Positions 41,464 to 54,272 of a stretch of DNA of 64,000 nt are shown here, piece after piece. The position numbers were made by a program, and so were the translations under genes. Location of the stretch: assembly GCA_902527215.1 (NCBI GenBank), contig CABZOF010000003.1, positions 130,649-194,648 of the forward strand, written 5' to 3'. The stretch's first letter is position 1. Each line of letters begins with the position of its first letter. The stretch is from an uncultured Pelagibacteraceae bacterium. GTDB taxonomy: Bacteria; Pseudomonadota; Alphaproteobacteria; Pelagibacterales; Pelagibacteraceae. Under the pieces are notes generated by a model that did no database searches, had not been told where the DNA came from, and saw only the letters and a program-made list of their open reading frames with translations.

Positions 41464-43490
41464 TAACCCTCAGTTCCGGTTTTTTTTAAATCAGCTCTTG
41501 CATGTCTACACTCTGACATTGTTTTGGATGCACGGGCAATCGTATTAGAATAGTAATAATCAATATCCTCAACTAGTATTTTTTCATCATTCAAATTATA
41601 TGTAGGAACTTCAAAATTTTTTATATTTTGATTATTTAAATAATTTTGCATAGATTTTAGTAGTTCATCTTTATTATTAAACAAAGAATTACCAAGTATA
41701 GCAGAAGATAACTCATTTATTATCTGCCAATCCTCTTTAGCTTCTCCTGGAGGATATGAGGCTTTATATGCTTTTTGAAGCTTTCCCTCTAAGTTGGTGA
41801 AATAACCATCTTGTTCAGTATATGCAGCACCAGGCAATATTATATCTGCCATATCTGCACCATTATCACCATGGCTTCCAATATAAATTATAAATTCATT
41901 ACTTTTTTTTAATTTGAGGTTGTCTTGGCCTAGTAAAAAAATTACTTCTGCGTCACCATTCTTAATTTTTTTAAGAGTTTCATTACTTCCATCATTTGAG
42001 GAAAAAATGCCTAAATCATAAGAACCAACAGCTGATGCATTAGTTGATAAAATATTTAGTGCATTCCAATTATCATCAATTTTATTAATACTAGTTAAAT
42101 ACTTTTTTAACTCTTCAAAAATATATGGGCCATTGTTGCTATTTAATATTGATTGACCTAAGATAATTAAAGGTTTTTCTGCATTGACAATTTTGTTTGA
42201 AAGATCGTGTTTATTTTCAATTATTTTATTTATTACTTTTGAATTATTTTCTAAAACTTTATAAGGATAAGTTAAATCACCTACATCTTCTAAAGAAAAT
42301 ATTTCAGTTTTATTTTTTAAATAAGTTTTTCTTATTCTTGAGTTTAATATAGTTGCCTCAAATCTTGGGTTTGTACCTATTAATAATATAAGATCACTTT
42401 CCTCAATCCCTTCTATGGTAGAATTAAATAGGTAATTATTTCTGTTTTTAAAATTTATGTAAGTATGGTTTGCTCTAGAATCTAAATAATTAGAATTTAA
42501 GGTTTTTTGAAATAAGTTTTTAACAGCAAACATAGTTTCCATATTTGTCATATCACCAGTTAAACCAACTATTTTGTCTGGTGATGTTTTTAAAATTTTT
42601 TCTTTGATTTTTTTGTATGCATCTTGCCAACTTATTTTCTCAAAATTTCCATTATTTTTTATTAATGGAGTGTCTAATCGTTGATTTTTTAATCCATCAC
42701 ATGCATATCTTGTTTTATCAGAAATCCACTCTTCGTTAATTTGCTCATTAATTCTTGGTAGAACCCTTTTTACTTCCCAATCGTAAGTATCCACTCTAAT
42801 GTTTGACCCAACAGCATCCATAACATCAATTGTTTCTGTCTTTTTTAGTTCCCAAGGTCTTGCCTCGAACACATAAGGTTTAGAAGTTAATGCACCAACT
42901 GGACATAAATCAATTACATTTGCTGACATTTCAGACTCCATGGATTTCTCTAAATATGTAGTAATTTCCATATTTTCTCCACGTCCGATAGCTCCTAATT
43001 CTGGCACTCCCGCTACTTCAGTAGCAAATCTAATACATCTAGTACAATGAATACATCTAGTCATTTGAGTTTTTATTAATGGACCCATGTATTTTTCAGG
43101 TACATATCTTTTATTCTCTTTAAATCTTGATTTATCAATTCCATAAAACATAGATTGATCCTGTAAATCACACTCACCACCTTGATCACAAACAGGACAA
43201 TCCAAAGGATGGTTGGCCAGTAAAAACTCCATCACACCTTTTCTTGCTTTTTCAACTTTTTCCGTATTTGTTTTTATAACCATCCCTTCAGCTGCGGGCA
43301 TAGCGCATGAAGCTATAGGTTTTGGTGATTTTTCCATTTCGACCAAACACATACGACAATTTCCAGCTATAGAAAGTTTTTCGTGATAACAAAATCTTGG
43401 TATTTCAGCTCCAGCCTGTTCACAAGCCTGGAGCACCGTTAGACCATCTTCAACTTCAATATCAATATCGTTTACTTTTAATTTAGGCAT
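41463..43490 (-). CDS. nuoG: NADH:quinone oxidoreductase subunit G
   Basis: [41 protein letters not shown]. Confidence 0.98.
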   Translation of the reverse strand: MPKLKVNDIDIEVEDGLTVLQACEQAGAEIPRFCYHEKLSIAGNCRMCLVEMEKSPKPIASCAMPAAEGMVIKTNTEKVEKARKGVMEFLLANHPLDCPVCDQGGECDLQDQSMFYGIDKSRFKENKRYVPEKYMGPLIKTQMTRCIHCTRCIRFATEVAGVPELGAIGRGENMEITTYLEKSMESEMSANVIDLCPVGALTSKPYVFEARPWELKKTETIDVMDAVGSNIRVDTYDWEVKRVLPRINEQINEEWISDKTRYACDGLKNQRLDTPLIKNNGNFEKISWQDAYKKIKEKILKTSPDKIVGLTGDMTNMETMFAVKNLFQKTLNSNYLDSRANHTYINFKNRNNYLFNSTIEGIEESDLILLIGTNPRFEATILNSRIRKTYLKNKTEIFSLEDVGDLTYPYKVLENNSKVINKIIENKHDLSNKIVNAEKPLIILGQSILNSNNGPYIFEELKKYLTSINKIDDNWNALNILSTNASAVGSYDLGIFSSNDGSNETLKKIKNGDAEVIFLLGQDNLKLKKSNEFIIYIGSHGDNGADMADIILPGAAYTEQDGYFTNLEGKLQKAYKASYPPGEAKEDWQIINELSSAILGNSLFNNKDELLKSMQNYLNNQNIKNFEVPTYNLNDEKILVEDIDYYYSNTIARASKTMSECRHARADLKKTGTEG

Positions 43491-44814
43491 TTTCCTTTTC
43501 TAATAAATGTTGATCAACCAGGTATGGAATATTTTTTTGTTTTTTTACTACAGGATCAAATTTATTTCTTTCAAGTATTTCATCTTTAAAATGTCTAATT
43601 AATCCTTGGACTGGCCAAGACGAACCTTCACCAAAAGCACAAATTGTATGACCTTCTATTTGTTTTGTTACATCAAAAAGCATATCTACTTCATCTGGAG
43701 TTGCCTCACCTGCTGCCATTCTTTCTAACATTCTCCACATCCATCCAGATCCTTCCCTACAAGGTGTGCATTGACCACAACTCTCATGCTTATAAAATCT
43801 AGCTATTCTTGCCATACACTTAATAATATCTTGGTCATTATTGATCACAACAATCCCAGCTGTTCCTAGTCCTGTTTTATTTTCAACACATGCATCAAAA
43901 TCCATTTTCATATTGTCACATATTTCTTTAGGTAACATTGGCATTGAAGAACCACCAGGTATTACTGCTTTGAGATTATCCCATCCACCAACTACACCTC
44001 CAGCGTGGGTTTCGATTAATTCCTTAAGTGAAACTCCCATTTCTTCCTCAACGTTACAGGGATTATTTACATTTCCAGAAATACAATAAATTTTTGTTCC
44101 AGTGTTTTTAGCTCTTCCAAGTGAACTAAACCATTTTGCACCTCTTCTTAGAATTGTGGGAACAGCTGCAACAGTCTCAACATTATTTATGATAGTAGGA
44201 CATCCATATAATCCAATTAATGCAGGAAATGGTGGCTTTAATCTTGGTTGGCCCTTTTTTCCTTCTAAACTCTCAAGTAGTGCAGTTTCTTCACCACAAA
44301 TATAGGCACCTGCACCATAATGAATATAAATATCTAAATCCCACCCTGAATTTAAAGCATTTTTACCAATTAAATTATTTTTATAAGCCTCATCGATTGC
44401 CGTTTGAAGTTTTTGTCCTTCATTAAAATATTCACCTCTAATATAAATATAACATTTATGGGCATTAACTGCGTAAGAAGCAATTAAACAACCTTCTATT
44501 AATTTGTGAGGTTCAAATCTTAATATATCTCTATCTTTGCATGTTCCAGGTTCAGACTCATCAGCATTGATAACTAGGTAATGTGGTCTGGACCCTACTT
44601 CTTTAGGTGCAAATGACCATTTTAGACCAGTTGGAAAACCAGCTCCGCCACGTCCTCTAAGCTCAGAAGATTTAACCTCATTGATTATCCACTCTCTTCC
44701 TTTTTCTAAAATTTCTTTTGTTCCATTCCAATCATTTCTTAATTTAGCAGACTCGATATCAGCACCACTGTCATTGTATAAATTTTGAAATATTCTATCT
44801 TCGTCTTTAAGCAT
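43483..44814 (-). CDS. nuoF: NADH:quinone oxidoreductase subunit F
   Basis: [50 protein letters not shown]. Confidence 0.98.
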   Translation of the reverse strand: MLKDEDRIFQNLYNDSGADIESAKLRNDWNGTKEILEKGREWIINEVKSSELRGRGGAGFPTGLKWSFAPKEVGSRPHYLVINADESEPGTCKDRDILRFEPHKLIEGCLIASYAVNAHKCYIYIRGEYFNEGQKLQTAIDEAYKNNLIGKNALNSGWDLDIYIHYGAGAYICGEETALLESLEGKKGQPRLKPPFPALIGLYGCPTIINNVETVAAVPTILRRGAKWFSSLGRAKNTGTKIYCISGNVNNPCNVEEEMGVSLKELIETHAGGVVGGWDNLKAVIPGGSSMPMLPKEICDNMKMDFDACVENKTGLGTAGIVVINNDQDIIKCMARIARFYKHESCGQCTPCREGSGWMWRMLERMAAGEATPDEVDMLFDVTKQIEGHTICAFGEGSSWPVQGLIRHFKDEILERNKFDPVVKKQKNIPYLVDQHLLEKENA

Positions 44815-45415
44815 TTTTGTTACCTAATAAAGTTTTTCTATTGTTAACTGGTTCTGCATTTATTCTTCCAGAATAAGATCCTGGTTTTGGGATTTTGTTT
44901 TGGTATATCGTCTCAATTATTTCTTCAAGTTTTTTGCCATTCAAATCTTCATAATAATCCTCATTAACTTGCATCATTGGAGCGTTAACACATGCACCTA
45001 AACATTCAACTTCCATCCAAGAAATTTTTCCATCTTCAGATAATACATTTTCTTTTTCAGATATTTTGCTTTTACAAACTTTTACTAAATCATACGCTCC
45101 TCTAAGCATACAAGGTGTTGTAGTGCAAACTTGAAAGAAATATTTACCAACTGGTGACAGATTATACATCGAATAAAAAGTTGCTACTTCATAAACTTTT
45201 ATATAAGGCATGTCTAAAAATTTGGCTATGTATTTCATTGCTTGTAACGGTATCCAATTATCATTTTGCCTTTGAGCGATATATAACAAAGCCATTACTG
45301 CACTCTGTTGTTTTCCATTTGGATAATTAGAAACAATTTTATTTGCAGCCTCCATACTTTTATCACTAAATTTAAAGGTTTCAGGCTGTTCTTTGTGAAT
45401 TTTTTTTACACTCAT
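44807..45415 (-). CDS. nuoE: NADH:quinone oxidoreductase subunit E
   Basis: [25 protein letters not shown]. Confidence 0.97.
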   Translation of the reverse strand: MSVKKIHKEQPETFKFSDKSMEAANKIVSNYPNGKQQSAVMALLYIAQRQNDNWIPLQAMKYIAKFLDMPYIKVYEVATFYSMYNLSPVGKYFFQVCTTTPCMLRGAYDLVKVCKSKISEKENVLSEDGKISWMEVECLGACVNAPMMQVNEDYYEDLNGKKLEEIIETIYQNKIPKPGSYSGRINAEPVNNRKTLLGNKNA

Positions 45416-46587
45416 CTATCAACCTCTCCAAAAACAATATCCATTGAACCTAAAACTGCAGGTACATCAGCGAGCATGTGTCCTTTTATTAAATAATCCA
45501 TAGCTTGAAGATGGGCAAATCCAGGCGCTCTGATCTTACATTTGTAAGGTTTATTTGAGCCATCTGAAATTAGATAGACACCGAATTCTCCTTTTGGTGC
45601 CTCAACTGCAGTGTATATTTCATCTTTTTCAACCCTATATCCTTCTGTAAATAGCTTAAAATGATGAATTAAAGCCTCCATAGATTGTTTAAGTTCCTTT
45701 TTTGGTGGAGGAGAAATCTTTCCATCTTCTGTTTTAATTGGTCCTTTTGGAATATTTTTTAAACACTGTTTAATAATTTTTACACTTTCTCTCATTTCTT
45801 CAATTCTACAAAGATATCTATCATAACAATCTCCATTTTTACCAACAGGAATTTTAAATTCTAAATCGTCATAACAATCATAAGGTTGACTTCTTCTTAA
45901 ATCCCAAGCTACACCAGAACCTCTTAACATTACTCCTGAAAAAGAATAATCTAGTGCGTCTTGTTTGGATACAATTCCTATATCTACATTTCTCTGTTTA
46001 AATATTCTATTATCAGTAAGTAAAGTTTCTAAATCATCAATAATTTTTGGGAATTTTTTACAAAATTCATCGATATCACTATCAAGTCCTGTAGGTATAT
46101 CTTTATGTACTCCCCCTGCTCTAAAATAATTTGCATGCAACCTTGAACCAGACACTCTCTCATAAAATCCCATTAATTTTTCTCGTTCCTCGAATCCCCA
46201 TAAAGTTGGTGTTAGCGCCCCGACATCCATTGCTTGAGTAGTTACATTTAATAAGTGGCTTAATATTCGTCCTATTTCACAGAAAATTACTCTTATATAT
46301 TTCGCTCTAGAAGGAACTTCGATTTTAAGAATTTTTTCTATAGCTAAAGCAAATGCATGTTCCTGGTTCATTGGTGCTACATAATCAAGACGATCAAAAT
46401 AAGGAACTGCTTGCATATAAGTTTTATTTTCTATTAACTTTTCAGTGCCTCGGTGCAATAATCCTATATGGGGATCTGCTTTTTCAACAACTTCTCCATC
46501 TAATTGAAGTATTAATCTTAAAACTCCATGTGCTGCAGGATGTTGTGGTCCAAAATTTAAATTTAGTGTTTTTTTTTCTTTTGACAT
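45412..46587 (-). CDS. nuoD: NADH:quinone oxidoreductase subunit D
   Basis: [38 protein letters not shown]. Confidence 0.98.
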   Translation of the reverse strand: MSKEKKTLNLNFGPQHPAAHGVLRLILQLDGEVVEKADPHIGLLHRGTEKLIENKTYMQAVPYFDRLDYVAPMNQEHAFALAIEKILKIEVPSRAKYIRVIFCEIGRILSHLLNVTTQAMDVGALTPTLWGFEEREKLMGFYERVSGSRLHANYFRAGGVHKDIPTGLDSDIDEFCKKFPKIIDDLETLLTDNRIFKQRNVDIGIVSKQDALDYSFSGVMLRGSGVAWDLRRSQPYDCYDDLEFKIPVGKNGDCYDRYLCRIEEMRESVKIIKQCLKNIPKGPIKTEDGKISPPPKKELKQSMEALIHHFKLFTEGYRVEKDEIYTAVEAPKGEFGVYLISDGSNKPYKCKIRAPGFAHLQAMDYLIKGHMLADVPAVLGSMDIVFGEVDR

Positions 46588-47177
46588 TAGCTTTTTTTAA
46601 TCTCTTTAATGTATTTGGTTCCTTCCCAAGGACTCTCATAATCAAAATTTCTGTAATCTTGTTCTAATTTTACAGGTTCATAGATTACTTTTTTTTGTTC
46701 TTCACTATAACGAACTTCATTATGGCCAGTAAGAGGAAAATCTTTTCTTAATGGATGCCCTTCAAAACCATAATCAGTTAAAATTCTTCTTAAATCAGGA
46801 TGATTTTTAAATTTTAACCCATACATATCAAAGACTTCTCTTTCCATCCAATTTGCTGCTGGAAATATTGATGTTATTGATGAGATTAATTCATTTTCTT
46901 TGATTGAATAATCAATAATAATTCTTTGGTTATATTCATGGCTTAATAGTAAATAAATCATCTTAAATCTATTTTCATTTTCTGGATAATCTACAGCTGT
47001 AATTTCGATTAATTGCCTGAATTTAGTTTCTTTATTGGTCTTCAAAAAAGAAATAACATCAACTAATTCATCATAATCAATGTTTAAATAAATATTATCA
47101 TGCTTTATAAATGAATTATTTATTTTAGATGTTAATTCAGAATTAATAAACTTTTCCAAGTCCTCAAGATTTTTCAT
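46587..47177 (-). CDS. nuoC: NADH:quinone oxidoreductase subunit C
   Basis: [34 protein letters not shown]. Confidence 0.97.
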   Translation of the reverse strand: MKNLEDLEKFINSELTSKINNSFIKHDNIYLNIDYDELVDVISFLKTNKETKFRQLIEITAVDYPENENRFKMIYLLLSHEYNQRIIIDYSIKENELISSITSIFPAANWMEREVFDMYGLKFKNHPDLRRILTDYGFEGHPLRKDFPLTGHNEVRYSEEQKKVIYEPVKLEQDYRNFDYESPWEGTKYIKEIKKS

Positions 47178-47179
47178 TA

Positions 47180-47701
47180 TTATCTTTCTAAAGAACCTTT
47201 ATTTCTAATTTTTTTTTGTAATTGTAAAATCCCATAAAGTAACGCTTCAGCTGAAGGGGGGCATCCAGGAACATATACATCAACGGGTACCACTCTATCA
47301 CATCCTCTTACTACAGAATATGAATAATGATAATAGCCTCCACCATTTGCACAACTTCCCATGGATATTACATACCTTGGTTCGGGCATCTGGTCGTAAA
47401 CTTTTCTTAATGCTGGAGCCATTTTATTTGTTAATGTACCTGCTACTATCATCACATCTGATTGACGTGGTGATGCTCTAGGTGCTGCACCAAATCTTTC
47501 AAGATCATATCTTGGCATAGATGTTTGCATCATTTCAACAGCACAACATGCTAATCCAAATGTCATCCAATGCAATGAACCAGTTCTTGCCCAATTAACA
47601 AGATTGTCTAGTGATGTTGTTATGAAACCGTTATCACTAAAGTCTTGAGCTAACTGTTTAAACTCTTCGGGGATATCTTTTTTTCTATCTTGCAAATTCA
47701 T
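47180..47701 (-). CDS. nuoB: NADH:quinone oxidoreductase subunit B
   Basis: [29 protein letters not shown]. Confidence 0.98.
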   Translation of the reverse strand: MNLQDRKKDIPEEFKQLAQDFSDNGFITTSLDNLVNWARTGSLHWMTFGLACCAVEMMQTSMPRYDLERFGAAPRASPRQSDVMIVAGTLTNKMAPALRKVYDQMPEPRYVISMGSCANGGGYYHYSYSVVRGCDRVVPVDVYVPGCPPSAEALLYGILQLQKKIRNKGSLER

Positions 47702-47702
47702 T

Positions 47703-48071
47703 CTATTCCCAATCTAAGGCTCCTTTTTTCCACTCGTAAATAAATCCAACAGTTAAAATAAATAAAAATAACATCATAGAGCAGAAACCATACAAACCAA
47801 TTTCACCAAGTGAGATCGCCCATGGGAATAAAAATGCAATTTCTAAGTCAAAAATTATAAATAATATTGCAACTAAATAGAACCTGACATCAAATTCCAT
47901 TCTAGAGTCATTGAAAGGTTCAAACCCACATTCATATGCTGAAAGTTTTTCAGGATCAGGTCTGCTTGGAGCAGCAATATAATTAATTGCTACAAAAGCA
48001 AGACTCAAGCCTAAAGATATTATCAAAAATAATATTATCGGTAGATAATCTTTTAAAAATTCCGCAAGCAT
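47703..48071 (-). CDS. nuoA: NADH:quinone oxidoreductase subunit A (start likely MLAEF at 48071, after AGGA)
   Basis: [29 protein letters not shown]. Confidence 0.97.
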   Translation of the reverse strand: MLAEFLKDYLPIILFLIISLGLSLAFVAINYIAAPSRPDPEKLSAYECGFEPFNDSRMEFDVRFYLVAILFIIFDLEIAFLFPWAISLGEIGLYGFCSMMLFLFILTVGFIYEWKKGALDWE

Positions 48072-48091
48072 ATGATTCCTATGTAACAACT

Positions 48092-48100
48092 ATTATATCA
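48092..48100 (-). promoter_or_regulatory. Extended -10 promoter of the nuo operon
   Basis: Minus strand TGATATAAT (TGn-TATAAT) ending 21 nt upstream of the nuoA ATG, followed by an AGGA SD. Confidence 0.6.
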
Positions 48101-48150
48101 ACTAAAAGTGAAGATATGTCACATTTTTATGCCTAGTTTTACTCAAATAA

Positions 48151-48227
48151 TGGCGGGAGTGAAGGGACTCGAACCCTCGGCCCCCTGCGTGACAGGCAGG
48201 TGCTCTAACCAACTGAGCTACACCCCC
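48151..48227 (-). tRNA. tRNA-Asp(GTC)
   Basis: GGGGGTGTAGCTCAGTTGGTTAGAGCACCTGCCTGTCACGCAGG...GGTTCGAGTCC...CACTCCCGCCA; 77 nt, encoded CCA. Confidence 0.98.
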
Positions 48228-48238
48228 ACAGGTGTAAA

Positions 48239-48314
48239 TGGTGGGTAGTAAAGGACTCGAACCTTTGACCCCCTCGGTGTAAACGAGATGCTCTACCAAC
48301 TGAGCTAACCACCC
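48239..48314 (-). tRNA. tRNA-Val(TAC)
   Basis: GGGTGGTTAGCTCAGTTGGTAGAGCATCTCGTTTACACCGAGG...GGTTCGAGTCC...ACTACCCACCA; 76 nt. Confidence 0.98.
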
Positions 48315-48362
48315 AAAATCTTGGTACTATTACATCAACGGATTAATAAAGTAAATTGTTTA

Positions 48363-50750
48363 TTACTGAATACTAGCTTGAGATTTATCGTCCTTTTTGC
48401 CCTCAGAAAGTTTTTCAACTTCAGTCCATTCTACAGGTTTAAGCTCTTTTGTAAGGGCAATTTTAAGAACTTCATCTGCTGTTTCTACTGGAATGATTTT
48501 AATGTCCTCTCTTACTTTTTTTGGAATGTCTGCTAAATCTTTTTCGTTTTCTTTAGGTATTAACACTTTTTTAACCCCTGCTCGGTGTGCAGCTAATAAT
48601 TTTTCTTTTAAACCACCAATTTGTAAAACTTGTCCTGTAATTGTTACCTCACCAGTCATAGCAATCTCTCTGTTAACTGGAATATTTGTGATCGATGAAA
48701 CTATAGATGTAACCATTGCTATACCTGCGGATGGTCCATCTTTAGGTGTAGCTCCTTCAGGAACATGGATATGAAAATCTTTTTTTTCAAAGAAAGGTGG
48801 AATTATGCCATACTCTAAACTTTTTGATCTGACATACGACTTTGCTGCCTTAACAGACTCTTGCATGACATCACCAAGTTTTCCTGTTATTAACATTCTA
48901 CCTTTACCTGGCATGTTAACAGTCTCTATTTTAAGAATTTCGCCCCCTACTTCAGTCCACGCTAGTCCTATTACTATTCCAGTTTTATTTTTATTTTCTA
49001 CTTCGCCAAATTTGAATTTTTTAATTCCTAAAAAGTCTGGAATATTTTTTTCATTTACTTGAACCTTTTCAACTTCACCACTTACTACTTTTTTAACAAC
49101 TTTTCTTGTTACTTTAGAAATTTCTCTTTCTAAGTTTCTAACTCCAGACTCCCTTGTGTAACTTCTAATTATCTCTTTAATTGTCCCATCCTCTAAATTA
49201 AGTTCACCCTCTTTGACGCCATTTTCTTTTACTTGTTTAGGTAGCAAATACTTGTTTGCAATATTTATTTTTTCATCTTCTGTATATCCAGGAATTCTTA
49301 TAACTTCCATTCTGTCAAGAAGCGGTGGTAGAATATTTAGAGTATTTGCTGTTGTTACAAACATTACATCAGACAAATCGTAATCAACTTCTAAATAGTG
49401 ATCATTAAAAGCTGTATTCTGCTCAGGGTCTAATGCTTCTAGTAAAGCTGATGATGGATCTCCTCTATAATCGTTTCCAATTTTATCAACTTCATCTAAC
49501 AAAAATAAAGGATTTTTTGTACCAGCTTTCTTCATCATTTGAATTATTTTTCCTGGTAAAGATCCAATGTATGTTCTTCTATGACCTCTTATTTCTGCTT
49601 CATCTCTAACACCTCCTAAAGACATTCTAATAAACTGTCTATTAGTAGCTTTAGCTATAGATTTTCCAAGTGATGTTTTTCCTACCCCCGGTGGTCCAAC
49701 TAAACATAAGATTGGTCCTTTAATTTTTTCCATCCTTTTTTGAACAGCTAGAAACTCAATAATTCTCTCCTTTACTTTTTCTAAGCCAAAATGATCTTCA
49801 TCTAAAATTTTAAGGCCTTTGTTTAAATCAATGTCCACATCATCTTTTTTAAACCATGGAAGATCTATCATCCAATCTAAGTAATTTCTAACAACTGTTG
49901 CTTCTGCAGACATAGGACTCATATTTTTTAACTTCTTAAGCTCTGACATGCACTTCTTCTCAACTTCTTTTGGCATTTTAGCTTTTTGAATTGATTTTTT
50001 TAAGTTAGTAGTTTCATCTTTACCGTCTTCAATTTCACCTAATTCTTTTTGTATTGCTTTTAATTGCTCGTTTAAATAATACTCTCTTTGAGTCTTTTCC
50101 ATTTGAGTTTTAACTCTTCCTCTAATTCTTTTTTCTACTCCAATTATACTAGTTTCACTTTCCATCATCTTAATAGCTGCATTTAATCTTTTCTTAACAT
50201 CCAATGTTTCAAAAATTTGTTGCTTTTCAGATATAGATGTATTCAGATTTGAAACAATATTATCTACAATTTTAGATGGATCTTTTAGTTGTTTAATATT
50301 GCTAATAGTTTCTGATGATATTTTTTTATTAACAGATGTTAATTTTTCCAGTCTTTTTACAGCTGTAAGGGCTAGCGGCAATAAATCTTCGTCTTTGTTT
50401 AGAACATCTTTTTGATGTTCATATGTACAAGTAATAAATTTTTCATCATCCCTGAAATCAATAATTTTTACTCTTTTAATTCCCTCTACTAAAACTTTAA
50501 CTGTGCCGTCGGGAAGTTTTAAAAGTTGTAATATGTTACTTTCACATCCATAAGAAAATACATCATTTTTTTTTGGATCGTCTACTTCGGAATTTTTTTG
50601 AGTAACTAATATTATTTTTTTGTCACTTTTCATTACCTCATTTAAAGCAGTAATAGATTTATCTCTTCCAACAAATAGTGGAATTACCATGCTTGGAAAA
50701 ACCACTATGTCTCTTAATGGTAATAAGGGTTGTGTTAATTTAACTTCCAT
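48363..50750 (-). CDS. lon: ATP-dependent protease La
   Basis: LPLRDIVVFP, GPPGVGKTS, FLLDEVDK, PKDGPSAG (catalytic Ser), GGLKEK (catalytic Lys). Confidence 0.99.
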   Translation of the reverse strand: MEVKLTQPLLPLRDIVVFPSMVIPLFVGRDKSITALNEVMKSDKKIILVTQKNSEVDDPKKNDVFSYGCESNILQLLKLPDGTVKVLVEGIKRVKIIDFRDDEKFITCTYEHQKDVLNKDEDLLPLALTAVKRLEKLTSVNKKISSETISNIKQLKDPSKIVDNIVSNLNTSISEKQQIFETLDVKKRLNAAIKMMESETSIIGVEKRIRGRVKTQMEKTQREYYLNEQLKAIQKELGEIEDGKDETTNLKKSIQKAKMPKEVEKKCMSELKKLKNMSPMSAEATVVRNYLDWMIDLPWFKKDDVDIDLNKGLKILDEDHFGLEKVKERIIEFLAVQKRMEKIKGPILCLVGPPGVGKTSLGKSIAKATNRQFIRMSLGGVRDEAEIRGHRRTYIGSLPGKIIQMMKKAGTKNPLFLLDEVDKIGNDYRGDPSSALLEALDPEQNTAFNDHYLEVDYDLSDVMFVTTANTLNILPPLLDRMEVIRIPGYTEDEKINIANKYLLPKQVKENGVKEGELNLEDGTIKEIIRSYTRESGVRNLEREISKVTRKVVKKVVSGEVEKVQVNEKNIPDFLGIKKFKFGEVENKNKTGIVIGLAWTEVGGEILKIETVNMPGKGRMLITGKLGDVMQESVKAAKSYVRSKSLEYGIIPPFFEKKDFHIHVPEGATPKDGPSAGIAMVTSIVSSITNIPVNREIAMTGEVTITGQVLQIGGLKEKLLAAHRAGVKKVLIPKENEKDLADIPKKVREDIKIIPVETADEVLKIALTKELKPVEWTEVEKLSEGKKDDKSQASIQ

Positions 50751-50758
50751 AATTATAA

Positions 50759-50786
50759 ATATGGATATTATATTTTATAATGCAAT
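50759..50786 (-). promoter_or_regulatory. Possible sigma32-type promoter upstream of lon
   Basis: Minus strand ATTGCAT-N14-TCCATAT resembles CTTGAAA-N13/14-CCCCATAT; imperfect match in AT-rich DNA. Confidence 0.3.
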
Positions 50787-50812
50787 AGGAAACTTTTGTT
50801 TATTAACTCTTA

Positions 50813-52072
50813 TTAAGCCGCAGAAGTCTTTTCTGTTTTTGATTTGTTCTTAGTATGAACAATAATTGGCTGAGAGGTGCCCTTAGTTGCTCCACCATCA
50901 ATAATAACTTCTTCTATGTTATCTTGACCAGGAAGGTCGAACATGGTTTTAAGTAATAAATTTTCTAAAATTGATCTCAGACCTCTAGCACCAGTTTTCT
51001 TACTTATTGCTTTGTTAGCAATATCTTTAACTGCTTGATCTTTAAATGTTAATTTTACTCCTTCTAATCTAAATAATTCTTGGTACTGTTTGATCAAAGA
51101 ATTTTTTGGCTCTTGTAAAATTTTTATTAAAGATTTTTCGTCCAAATCTTCTAGTGTAGCGGTAATTGGTAATCTGCCAATAAATTCTGGAATCAGACCG
51201 TATTTTAATAAATCCTCAGGCTCTAGATTTTTCATCCATTCTCCAGTTTTTTTATCTTCTAAAGTTTTTACTTCTGCTCCAAATCCAATAGATGACCCTT
51301 TATCTCTCTGAGATATTATTTTATCAAGACCAGCAAAAGCTCCTCCACAAATAAAAAGTATATTGGTTGTGTCTACTTGCAGAAATTCTTGTTGAGGATG
51401 TTTTCTTCCACCTTGAGGGGGAACGCTTGCCACAGTTCCTTCCATTATTTTTAATAAGGCTTGTTGAACTCCTTCTCCAGATACATCTCTTGTGATTGAT
51501 GGATTTTCAGATTTTCTACTAATTTTATCTACTTCATCTATATAAACAATACCTCTTTGAGCTTTTTCAACATTATAATCTGCAGCTTGTAATAATTTCA
51601 AAATTATATTCTCAACGTCTTCACCCACATAGCCCGCTTCAGTTAATGTTGTTGCATCAGCCATCGTAAAAGGTACATCAAGTATTCTTGCAAGAGTTTG
51701 GGCTAATAATGTTTTTCCACATCCAGTTGGACCTACCAGCATAATATTAGATTTAGATAGTTCAACCGTTTTGCTTGTTTTATTTTCGTAGTTTAATCTT
51801 TTGTAATGATTATGAACTGCAACTGATAAAACTTTTTTTGCATGAGATTGTCCGATTACATAATCGTCAAGAACTTTACATATTTCTTTTGGTAAAGGTA
51901 ATCCATCCTGATGTTTTACAAAATTATCTTTGCTTTCCTCTTTGATGATATCCATACAAAGTTCTACGCACTCATCACAAATAAATACAGTTGGACCTGC
52001 AATTAATTTTCTAACTTCGTGTTGGCTCTTGCCGCAAAAAGAACAGTAGAGAATATTTTTATTGTTACTCAT
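50813..52072 (-). CDS. clpX: ATP-dependent Clp protease ATPase subunit ClpX
   Basis: CSFCGKSQ...ICDECV zinc finger, [30 protein letters not shown]. Confidence 0.99.
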   Translation of the reverse strand: MSNNKNILYCSFCGKSQHEVRKLIAGPTVFICDECVELCMDIIKEESKDNFVKHQDGLPLPKEICKVLDDYVIGQSHAKKVLSVAVHNHYKRLNYENKTSKTVELSKSNIMLVGPTGCGKTLLAQTLARILDVPFTMADATTLTEAGYVGEDVENIILKLLQAADYNVEKAQRGIVYIDEVDKISRKSENPSITRDVSGEGVQQALLKIMEGTVASVPPQGGRKHPQQEFLQVDTTNILFICGGAFAGLDKIISQRDKGSSIGFGAEVKTLEDKKTGEWMKNLEPEDLLKYGLIPEFIGRLPITATLEDLDEKSLIKILQEPKNSLIKQYQELFRLEGVKLTFKDQAVKDIANKAISKKTGARGLRSILENLLLKTMFDLPGQDNIEEVIIDGGATKGTSQPIIVHTKNKSKTEKTSAA

Positions 52073-52160
52073 AATTTTTAATTCGAATCAATTTTAATAC
52101 TTTAATACATATGTTGCAAAGTAATCAAGTGGAGGTTGTGAACAAACTATATATTGTGAT

Positions 52161-52772
52161 CTATTCTCTCTTTTCTACCACTTTATCTATCAGGCCAAAA
52201 CTCTTAGCATTATCAGGGGTCATAAAATTATCTCTCTCTAATGCTGATTTAATTTCATCAACAGATTTTCCGGTATGTTTTGAATAAATTTCATTTAATC
52301 TTTTTTTTAAAGATAAAACTTCATTAGCGTGAATTTCGATATCTGTTGCTTGTCCTTGAAAACCAGCTGAAGGTTGATGGACCATTATTCTAGAATTTGG
52401 CAATGAAAATCTTTTTCCTTTAGCACCTGCTGCTAGTAAAAATGAACCCATGCTTGCTGCTTGACCTATACACAAAGTACTTATTTCTGGTTTGATGTAT
52501 TGCATTGTATCATAAATACCAAGTCCAGCTGTTACAAGTCCACCAGGACTATTTATATATAAAGAAATTTCTTTCTTAGGATCTTCAGACTCTAGAAATA
52601 ATAATTGTGCAGTAACTAATGATGCAACTGCATCATTTATTGGACCAACTACAAATACAATCCTCTCTTTAAGTAACCTTGAATAAATATCATATGCCCT
52701 TTCTCCTCTACTAGATTGCTCTACAACCATGGGGATTAGGGTGTTTAATTGTTCTGGAATTTTAATAGACAT
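52161..52772 (-). CDS. clpP: ATP-dependent Clp protease proteolytic subunit
   Basis: [35 protein letters not shown]. Confidence 0.99.
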   Translation of the reverse strand: MSIKIPEQLNTLIPMVVEQSSRGERAYDIYSRLLKERIVFVVGPINDAVASLVTAQLLFLESEDPKKEISLYINSPGGLVTAGLGIYDTMQYIKPEISTLCIGQAASMGSFLLAAGAKGKRFSLPNSRIMVHQPSAGFQGQATDIEIHANEVLSLKKRLNEIYSKHTGKSVDEIKSALERDNFMTPDNAKSFGLIDKVVEKRE

Positions 52773-52804
52773 AATCGATTCGATTAATCTTATACAACTT
52801 GTGA

Positions 52805-54262
52805 TTACTTTTTGCTAACCTTTTTTGCTTTTTTATTTTTTGATGCAGGAGTTTTAGTTTTTTTAATTTCTTTGGATTTTGTTTTTAGCTCTTTTTTTTT
52901 AGGATCTGTTTTTTTCTTATTTTTTTCATCTACGTCTTTTTTCGTAAGTTTAGCTTGCTCTTTGATATTATTTTCATTTTCTTGTTTTAGAATTTTCTCG
53001 GCTTCTTCTTTTGTAATTTCTTTTTTAGTAATTTTTGCTTTTTTCTTAATTTCCTCAATTATTTTTTCTTCGTAAATTTGTCCCCTTAAACTATCTATGG
53101 CAGCAGGATTTTGTTGATAATAATCTTTAACAATCTTCTCTTGACCTGGCATCATTCTAAATTGTTTTTGTATTTCAACATTTATTTCTTCATGGGACAC
53201 ATTGATTTTATTTTCTTCACCAAAAGCATTTAGTATTAATCCAGTTTTAATTCTTTTTTTAGCTTGTTCCTGTAATGATTTCTGGTTCTTTTTTACTTCA
53301 TCTTCCTTCATTCCTTGAGATAATATTTTAACCTCCTGTTCAATTAAATTACCAGGTAATTGGTCTAGTTTTTCTTTCTCTATTTGGTCAAGAATACTTT
53401 TCTTTGTAATCATGGCTAATGAATTTTTATATTCATCATTAATTTGTTTTGAAATAAGTTCTTTTAAATTCGCTAAATCTTTTGCGCCCATATTTTTAGC
53501 AAAATCATCATTAATTTTTACTTCTTCTGGAATTTTTACTGCTGTAATTTTACATTCAAACACAGCACTTTTATTAATAAGGTCTTTTTCTGGAAAATTA
53601 TCAGGCAGATTTACATCTACATTTTTTATATCACCTGATTTAACGCCTTCTAATTGTTTATCAAAACCTTTTATAAATAAATCTTTTCCGAGAACTAATT
53701 GAGTATTTTTACCTTCATTACCCTTAAATTCTTTGCCATCAATAGTTCCTTTATAATCAAAAATAACAAGATCGTTTATTTTTGAGCTATAATTTGCTTC
53801 TGCATCTTTAAAGTTATTTTGATTTTTTGCAATTTCACTAATTCTTTTATCTGTTTCTTTTGGATCAATTTTTACAACATACTCATCTACTTTAATAGAG
53901 TTTAATCCTTTGACAGATACCTCAGGTAGTTCAGTAACCGAAATAATGTATTCTAAATCTTTACCTTCACCAAAAGACTTTAAATCTATTTTAGGTTGTC
54001 CGGCCGGTTTTATTTTATTTTCTTCTAGAGCTTTTGTTGTTGTGTCTTTTAGCAATTTATCTATTACTTCACCGTAAACAGCTTTACCAAATTGTCTTTT
54101 TAATATTTCAGTAGGTACCTTTCCAGGTCTGAAACCTTTTATTACAACATCTTTTCTTATTTCTTCATATTTCTCATCCATAAAGCCTGAGATTGTTTTT
54201 TTATCTATAAATACTTTAAGATCTTTTTCTAAACCTTTTTTATTTTCTATTGTTACTTTCAT
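52805..54262 (-). CDS. tig: Trigger factor with Lys-rich C-terminal extension
   Basis: GFRPGKVP ribosome-binding motif, FKBP-like domain (FIKGFDKQL), tig-clpP-clpX-lon synteny. Confidence 0.96.
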   Translation of the reverse strand: MKVTIENKKGLEKDLKVFIDKKTISGFMDEKYEEIRKDVVIKGFRPGKVPTEILKRQFGKAVYGEVIDKLLKDTTTKALEENKIKPAGQPKIDLKSFGEGKDLEYIISVTELPEVSVKGLNSIKVDEYVVKIDPKETDKRISEIAKNQNNFKDAEANYSSKINDLVIFDYKGTIDGKEFKGNEGKNTQLVLGKDLFIKGFDKQLEGVKSGDIKNVDVNLPDNFPEKDLINKSAVFECKITAVKIPEEVKINDDFAKNMGAKDLANLKELISKQINDEYKNSLAMITKKSILDQIEKEKLDQLPGNLIEQEVKILSQGMKEDEVKKNQKSLQEQAKKRIKTGLILNAFGEENKINVSHEEINVEIQKQFRMMPGQEKIVKDYYQQNPAAIDSLRGQIYEEKIIEEIKKKAKITKKEITKEEAEKILKQENENNIKEQAKLTKKDVDEKNKKKTDPKKKELKTKSKEIKKTKTPASKNKKAKKVSKK

Positions 54263-54272
54263 AATCTATTTA

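Noticed and set aside
48102-48299. 65-aa minus-strand ORF
   Set aside because: It is a translation of tRNA-Val and tRNA-Asp.
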